A stretch of 64,000 nt of DNA from the human T2T-CHM13v2.0 reference genome, Homo sapiens. This document shows, one piece after another, positions 56,555-64,000 of this stretch. The notes below the pieces were generated by a model. That model was not told the DNA's origin. It saw nothing but the letters and a program-made list of their open reading frames with translations, and did not search any database. The stretch lies in NCBI RefSeq assembly GCF_009914755.1, contig NC_060938.1; one strand, 5' to 3'. Each line of letters starts with the position of its first letter. Position 1 is the first letter of the stretch. The position numbers were made by a program, and so were the translations under genes.

Positions 56555-57164
56555 AAAGACTTTTGTAGAGATTTTGTCCATGGAAAATAATGTGAACTTT
56601 TGTTGTATTTGCCTAGATTTGATAAAATATATGGAATAGCAGCTAGTTTTCAACTGTAGGCCTCATTGGTATGGAAACTGATCTTCCTCCGGTGAGAGGA
56701 TTCCTAAAGCAAAATCTATCAGTGTGAGAATACAGTGATTGACTAATAATACCTGCAATGGTCACGGAAAATGACCGTATCCCCATGAATTAACTACAAC
56801 TATGACAACCCTGAAATAACTACAACTACTACGCACAACGTGAATTGAAAATATGAATCAATTATGGTAAAGATTTTAAGAAACAAAAACATGAAATTGA
56901 GGGAATAATTCTCATTTCTTAGCTTTATGTTCTTCAATTATTATACAGATTGATCTGAGGCAATGGATACTTGTTCTTTCTTATACAAGTATAAACAACA
57001 TAAAGATTTCCCATTATATTTTATCCTAAGATCTATTCAGACATTTGAGTAAATTATAATTTCCAAAATATCTTCCCATCTTAAAGCCAATATTTTTCCT
57101 AACTGGGTAACCCTCTAAATCTTGTAATCTCTTAATCAGATTATTCATCTTTATCTTAAAATAA

Positions 57165-57641
<477 letters not shown>

Positions 57642-58629
57642 TGACAGCAGTTACTTTACTTTTCTACATCTCAGAATAAGACCAAATTCAACACTATTTG
57701 TTTTTCCCTATTCATAGGATAAGAGTGGAAGTTCTGTGCTAATTTAACAGGTATCTAGGTCATGAAATTCTTTTTATCACCCTCATGTTTCATATAGAAA
57801 ATAGAAAATGGAGATTAATTATGCTATAGTTCTCAAAAGGCAACTGATGGAACCTATAGGCAAGCAATAGCCTCTGCAGGCCTGGAAGGTTCATGTCTCA
57901 CCACTTCTTACTCTCCAATGGTCAACATCATTAGCACCATAATAGCATTTGGGAGATAAGGTCTATACCAGAGATGTTGCTTTTGTTTAGTTTGAGTTTG
58001 TCCCAAAACAACAAGTTTAATTGAAGACATGAGTAGCAGAAAATGCTAACTTTTTCCTACTTCTAACTATAGAACCCTGTGTCATCTTCTTCTGATTTCA
58101 ATGACATTTTATAAAAAGTAAATGAAAAGGCAGCTGAGCATTCCTGAACACAGTTATGAAATGTGGCCAAGGTGTCCATGGTTTGGATCTATAATGTGAG
58201 GTTCTACAACATCGTATTTCCAAGATGAACATATGAACCTAAAAGATTTCAGCATAAATACATCTGTGACCTGCATAGCCAGATGGGTGGCTCATTATAT
58301 CACACACACAGAGCCTGTGTAAAAACAGAGAGGTACAGATGCCTATCTACTATAATTTGATGGTGCACAGGAAGATCCTTTTCTAGAAATTATCAGCTTG
58401 TCTGATTATCAATCCACCATTATTGTCATTAGATCATGAATGCAATTTAAACTTCAGTGGGTTATTTTGCTTTTGCATAACTTTCTATCTAATTAGAATT
58501 CTATTGATGATAATTTTAGAAGTATCTCTACAACTAATCTGTTTCACCTCCTCTCTGTTTCAGTCCAAGAATTCAGTTATCTTTGACATGGATTTTTTTT
58601 TCAAGCTCCCTAACTGATATCATCATGTT

Positions 58630-58830
58630 AAGTACAATAGTTAATATTTATTAAGCACTTATTATATGCCAAGCTCTGTGCTAAGTGATTTAGATGCAGT
58701 AAATCATTTAGTCCTCAAAGCAATCCCATGAGATAGGCAATATTTTTACCTCCATTTACAAATGAAGAAACTGTGAAGGTAACACAACCCATTGAGTGAT
58801 GGAGCTGAGCTCGGAACCAGTCTCTTCATC
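58630..58830. mobile_element. MIR
   Basis: atttattaagcacttattatatgccaagctctgtgctaag...catttacaaatgaagaaactg. Confidence 0.8.
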
Positions 58831-58982
58831 ACTCCAGTTCATCTGCACTAAGAGTCACAATCTTAGAAGTCCTTAGGGGCCAGCAGGTAACAGAAGTGCC
58901 TAACGATGCAAGCAGTTCCTAAAGGGCTTGTGTTGTGCTCAAACATAGTCACTGTCTAGTCACATTATCTTCTTTTAAAAAA

Positions 58983-60973
58983 ATTTTTTTTTATTTCTAT
59001 AGGTTATTGGGGAACAAGTGGTGTTTGGTTACATGAGTAAGTTCTTTAGTGGTGTTTTGTGAGATTTTGGTGCTCCCATCACCCGAGCAGTGTACACTGC
59101 ACCCAATTTGTAGTCTTTCATCCCTCACCCCTTCCCACCTTTTTTCCTCCTTAGTCCCCAAAGTCCATTGTGTCATTCTTATGCCTTTGCATGCTCATAA
59201 CTTAGCTCCCACTTATGAGTGAGAACACATGATGTTTGGTTTTCCATTCCAGTTACTTCACTTAGAATAATAATTTCCAGTCTCGTCCAAGTTGCCCCAA
59301 ATGTCATTAATTCATTCCTTTTTATGACTGAGTAATATTCCATTGTATATATATATACCACAGTTTCTTTATCCACTTGTTGATTGGTGGGCATTTGGGC
59401 TGGTTCCACGATTTTGCAATTGCGAATTGTGCTGCTATAAACGTGTGGGCAAGTATCTTTTTCGTATAGTGACTTCTTTTCCTCTGGGTAGATACCCAGT
59501 AGTGGGAATGCTGGATCAAACAGCAGTTCTACTTTTGGTTCTTTAAGGAATCTCCACACTATTTTTCCATAGCATTTGCACTAGTTTACATTCCCACTGG
59601 CAGTGTAGAAGTCTTCCCTGTTCGCTGCATCCACACCATCTATTTTTTTTTTATTTTTTGATTATGGCCATTCTTGTAGGAGTAAGGTGGTATTGCATTG
59701 TGGTTCTGATTTGCATTTTCCTGATCATTAGTGATGTTGAGCTCATTATAGATTCTAGATAAAAGTTTTTTGTCAGATGTATAAATTGTGAAGATTTTCT
59801 CCCACTCTGTGGGTTGTCTGTTTACTCTGCTGACTGCTCCTTTTGCCATGAGAAAGCTCTTTAGTTTAATTAAGTCCCAGCTATTTATCTTTGTTTTTAT
59901 TGCATTTGCTTTTGGGTTCTTGGTCTGGAAGGGTTTTTCCAATGTTATCTTCTAGAATTTTTATAGTTCCAGGTCTTAGATTTAAGTCCTTGATCTATCT
60001 TGAGTAGATTTTTGTATAAAGCAAGAGATGAAAATCCAGTTTCATTCTCCTACATGTGGGTTGCCAATTATCCCAGCACCATTTGTTGAAAAGTGTGTCC
60101 TTTCCCCACTTTATGTTTTTGTTTGCTTTGTGAAAGATGAGTTGGCTGTAAGTATTTGGGTTTATTTCTCAGTTCTCTATTCGGTTCCATTGGCCTATGT
60201 GCCTAATTTTTATACCAGTATCATGCTGTTTTGCTGACTATGGCCTTATAGTATAGTTTGAGATCAGGTAATGTGATGCTTTCAGATTTGTTTTTTGTTT
60301 GTTTGTTTTCTTGTTTTTGTTTTTTTGTTTGTTTGTTTTGCTTAGTCTTGCTTTGACTCTTTTTTGGGCTCTTTTTTGGTTCCACATAAATTTTAGGATT
60401 TTTTTTTTCTAATTCTGTGAAGAATGATGGTGGTATTTTTATGGGAATTGAGTTGAATTTGTAGATTGCAATTTGCAGTATTGTCATTTTCACAACATTG
60501 ACTATCCATCCGTGAGCATGGGATGTGTTTCCATTTGTTTGTGTCATCTATGATCTCTTTCAGCAGTGTTTTGTAGCTTTCCTTGTAGAGGTCTTTCAAC
60601 TCCTTGGTTATGTATATTTCTAAGTATTTTATTTGAGTTGAGTTTTGATTTGATTCTCAGCTTGCTCATGTTGGTATATAGAAGAGCTACTGATTTGTGT
60701 ACATTAATTTTGTATCTGGAAATTTTGCTGAATTCTTTTATCAGTTGTAGGAGCTTTCTGGAGGACTCTTCAGGGTTTTGTAGATAAACAATCATATCAT
60801 CAGCAAACAGCAACAGTTTTACTTCCTCTTTACCAATTTGGATGCCCTTTATTTCTTTCTCTTGTCTGGTTGCTGTGGCTAGCACTTCCAGTATATGTTG
60901 AAGAGGAGTGGTGAGAGTGGGGATCCTTGTCTTGTTCCAGTTCTCAGAGAGAATGCTTTCAACTTTTTCGCAT
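58983..60973 (-). mobile_element. 5'-truncated L1PB (about 2 kb) with internal deletions
   Basis: ORF2 RT and C-terminal peptides ([28 protein letters not shown]); TSD tcacattatct(tct)tttaaaa at 58960-58980 and 60974-60991. Confidence 0.95.
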
Positions 60974-62237
60974 TCACATTATCTTTTAAAATGCAGCAAT
61001 GATCAAACAGAACATGGCCTAATAAAGAATAAGGGCCACTAGTTATCAATTTCTGGCATTTTTCTCTATGCAATAATTAGTGTAATATTGTTAAAACAAA
61101 TTTGGTTATTTAACTCTTCTGAAACTGTCACTGGGCACTGCACCATATTTGAGATTAAATATACAGGTAATTGTCCTGCACAAAAGCTCTCCACAATGTG
61201 ATCTTACATTATCTCATACCCCTTAACTACCTGGCAAGACAGCCTGTGGTTCAACTGCGATGACCATCTTAACTTTTTCTGATTAATGTTTTCCTTTAAT
61301 ACTCTGTGTCTCTGCAATTTCTGTTCTCTTGACTTAAAATACCCTTCCTTCATTTTGACCTGAATAATTCCTAGTCTTCCTTTAAAACGAAAATCATACA
61401 TCACCAGAACTTTATAACCATTTCTAACTCCTATTAAAAACTCCGTATGAAATTAATGTGAACACAGCCTAATAAGTGTTACCCGAATGGTATAGACAAT
61501 ATCAGCAGGCAAGTATATAATCTGAGTGGTTGAGTTTGCCCTAAATTGAGAAATTATTGAGGGAGTTATCTAAGGCATTTTAACTGAAGAAGGGTTTGAA
61601 GAATAAATAACTATGATTTCCAATTAACCTGATGTGTTGTGTCTCTGTTTACCTATTTAAAAAGAGACTCTTATTTCCCTGGATTTCCTGAGGACAATTC
61701 ATTAAGCTATCATTAGTATGATTACAATCTTCATTTACAGACTGCTACAGCCTTTCTTTTGTGTCTTTGAGGACTGCTATGTATGTATGCATACATACAT
61801 ATATTTGTTTAATGTTTGTATACAAATTGGGCTGGAAATGAAACTTTCAATATTTTAAAATGTGAAAAACTGCATGATCCTTGTTTTGTGTACTATTATC
61901 ATATCAGTTTTATGAACAAAATGGCATACTACATTTTTTTTCCTCACAGAATTACAACAGAGTACCGATCTGAGCATCTTCATGGGCTTTCTAGAGAGCC
62001 AACCATTGCTCTCCATATTATTGGATGTCCCTGGCTTTGTAGAACCTTTCTTTTGTTAATAATAATGGCAAGTCAAGTCTCATGAGTTGTTTATTCCTGG
62101 GTCAGCCCTTGGGCATATAGTAGTGCTTTCAGCTTGTTTCTACTGTGTCTGTTTACCCCTCTCAGAACCTCCTTGGACAGGCTCCAACACCACCTCTCTG
62201 TGGATCTCTATCACAAATGGCCCTCATGTAGTCTAAG

Positions 62238-62423
62238 TAGAGCTGACAGATACATTCAGGACAAATACTTAAATTTGAAATTTAAATAAGCAAGAAATAA
62301 TTATTAGTATAAGTATATCTCAACTATTACACATAATATTTATCACAAATACATTCATTGTTTATCTGAAATTCAAATTTTACTGGGCACCTATATTTTT
62401 CTTGGCCAGATTTGGTAATACTC
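62238..62423. mobile_element. MER53 palindromic hAT MITE
   Basis: aaatttgaaatttaaataagcaa ... ttgtttatctgaaattcaaattttactgggc inverted arms typical of MER53. Confidence 0.8.
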
Positions 62424-63216
62424 AGTCCAATATACGTTAACATAATCTTTGCCCTAAGAAGCTGAAAGGATAGTCCTGAAACAGATATCTCTCTATTTGC
62501 TTCACCATCAACACTTAACCAAGCAGTCTTTCTGAATTAGAATTCCTAAGCAGGAGTCAGACACCAGAAAAGCTACTGTACTTCTCTTTTGGACTTGAGG
62601 TCAAAAGAGAAAGAAGGGAAAGAAAAACAACTATCTTTTCTATTTGGGAATATAGGACTCATAGCACACCTGCAGTATTTTTTTTAATTAACCTTAATAA
62701 TTCCAACAGTATAATAACCCTACTCTAACCTTCAATCTACTCTGACCTTTATTTCCTTTGACGTTGGTGAGGGGTTAAAAGACTCATAATGGTCTTTGAA
62801 CACCTTTCTTGTAAACGCAGCATCATGGTCTCTCACTTCACTTTGGAATGTTGACCTAGGGATTGGTACTTTAGATAAAACTTCCATTTAGATATCCTAC
62901 AACACACACACACAGCTCACAGTTTTACTGTTTTGAAAAATATATGTGTTTTATTTTCTTCTATATTTGAATGATTTCTACAGTGACTACATATTGCTTT
63001 ATTATGTTTAAAATAGTGTCAGAGGTGTTTGAACAAGAGCAACTCCATCTTAAATAGGGGCTGGGTAAAATGAGAATGAGACCTGCTAGGCTGCATTCTC
63101 TGGAGTTTAGGCATTCTTAGACACAGTCTGAGATAGAAGGTCAGCACAAGATACAGGTCACAAAGATTTCGCTGATAATACAGGATGCTGTAAAGAAGCC
63201 CATCAAAACTTGCCAA

Positions 63217-63489
63217 GGCCAGGCGCAGAGGCTCATGTCTGTAATCCCAGCACTTTGGGAGGCCGAGGCGGGCAGATCACCTGAGGTCAGGAGTTCGAGA
63301 CCAGCCTGGCCAAAATGGCAAAACCTCGTCTCTACTAAAAATACAAAAAAGCCTGGCCTGGTGGTACGCACCTGTAGTACCAGCCACTCAGGGAGGCTGA
63401 GGCAGGAGGATCGCTTGAACCCGGGAGGCAGAAGTTGCAGTCAGCCGAGGTGGTGCCACTGCACTCCAGCCTGGGCAACAGAGCGAGAC
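63217..63489 (+). mobile_element. AluS lacking its 3' end and tail, inside MER41
   Basis: Alu body stops at gagcgagac with no poly(A) or TSD. Confidence 0.93.
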
Positions 63490-63587
63490 GGAACACAATG
63501 GTTTACAAATGCCATGGCAACATCCAGAAGTAACCCTATATGCTCTCAATGGAAATGGATCTCTCAGTTCCAGAATTGCCAGCCCTT

Positions 63588-63596
63588 TTCCTGGAA
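63588..63596. promoter_or_regulatory. GAS/STAT motif TTCCTGGAA in MER41
   Basis: exact TTCNNNGAA match in the part of the LTR where MER41B carries STAT1 sites. Confidence 0.5.
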
Positions 63597-64000
63597 AACT
63601 CATGAATAATACACCCCTTGTTTCACATATGATCAAGAAATAACCATAAAAATAGCCAACCCATAGCCCTCAGGCTGCTCTGCCTATGCAGTGGCCATTC
63701 TTTTGTATCTTTATTTCTCTAATAAACTTGCTTTCACTTTATGGACTCCCCAAATTCTTCCTTGCATGAGATCCACCAACCCTCTTTTGGGATCTGGATC
63801 CAGCCCCCTTTCTGGTAACAATGTATAAAGTAAATGTAAGTAGTGATTAATTTATGATAAAGTAAAAAAATACAAGTTTCCAATCTTCAAACATGTTTTA
63901 TGCAAATATTTAATGATAAAATGTTCTGTAATGAAGTATCATGAAATCTTCATAGGCCACATAATCCACGAATGGCTATATAATTTCTAAATACATCAAA

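Larger units (their letters stand above)
63017..63820 (+). mobile_element. MER41 (A/B-like) ERV1 solo LTR interrupted by an Alu
   Basis: tgtcagaggtgtttgaacaagagcaactccatctt start; ...tttctggtaaca end. Confidence 0.92.

Noticed and set aside
59179-61073. Reverse-transcriptase-like ORFs (FADD motif)
   Set aside because: Frameshifted remnants of L1PB ORF2; not an active or novel RT system.

Overview
AT-rich, CpG-poor simian primate genomic DNA, probably human or great ape given the AluY and L1PA3/4-like elements. It looks like deep intron or gene-desert sequence. I see no recognisable protein-coding exon, RNA gene, CpG island or prokaryotic-type system. The ORFs in the track come from L1 ORF2 remnants, Alu/LTR sequence, microsatellites or chance. 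The window is a layered collection of transposable elements: 11 Alu copies or fragments, a young 5'-inverted L1PA, two L1PB 3' ends, old L1M/L2/MIR, solo LTRs (THE1 x3, MST, MLT1, MER39, MER41, MER51, MER66, MER89-like, ERVL) and hAT MITEs (MER5A, MER58, MER53). Subfamily names come from my recall of consensus sequences, not from a search. The best second-look items are a 134-bp dispersed duplication that carries an LTR end plus its target-site duplication (TSD), a 70-bp tailless Alu fragment that looks copied from its neighbour, two candidate minus-strand exons, GAS motifs in the MER41 and MER66 LTRs, and several template-switch or palindromic scars. I found no convincing evidence of a previously undescribed biological system.
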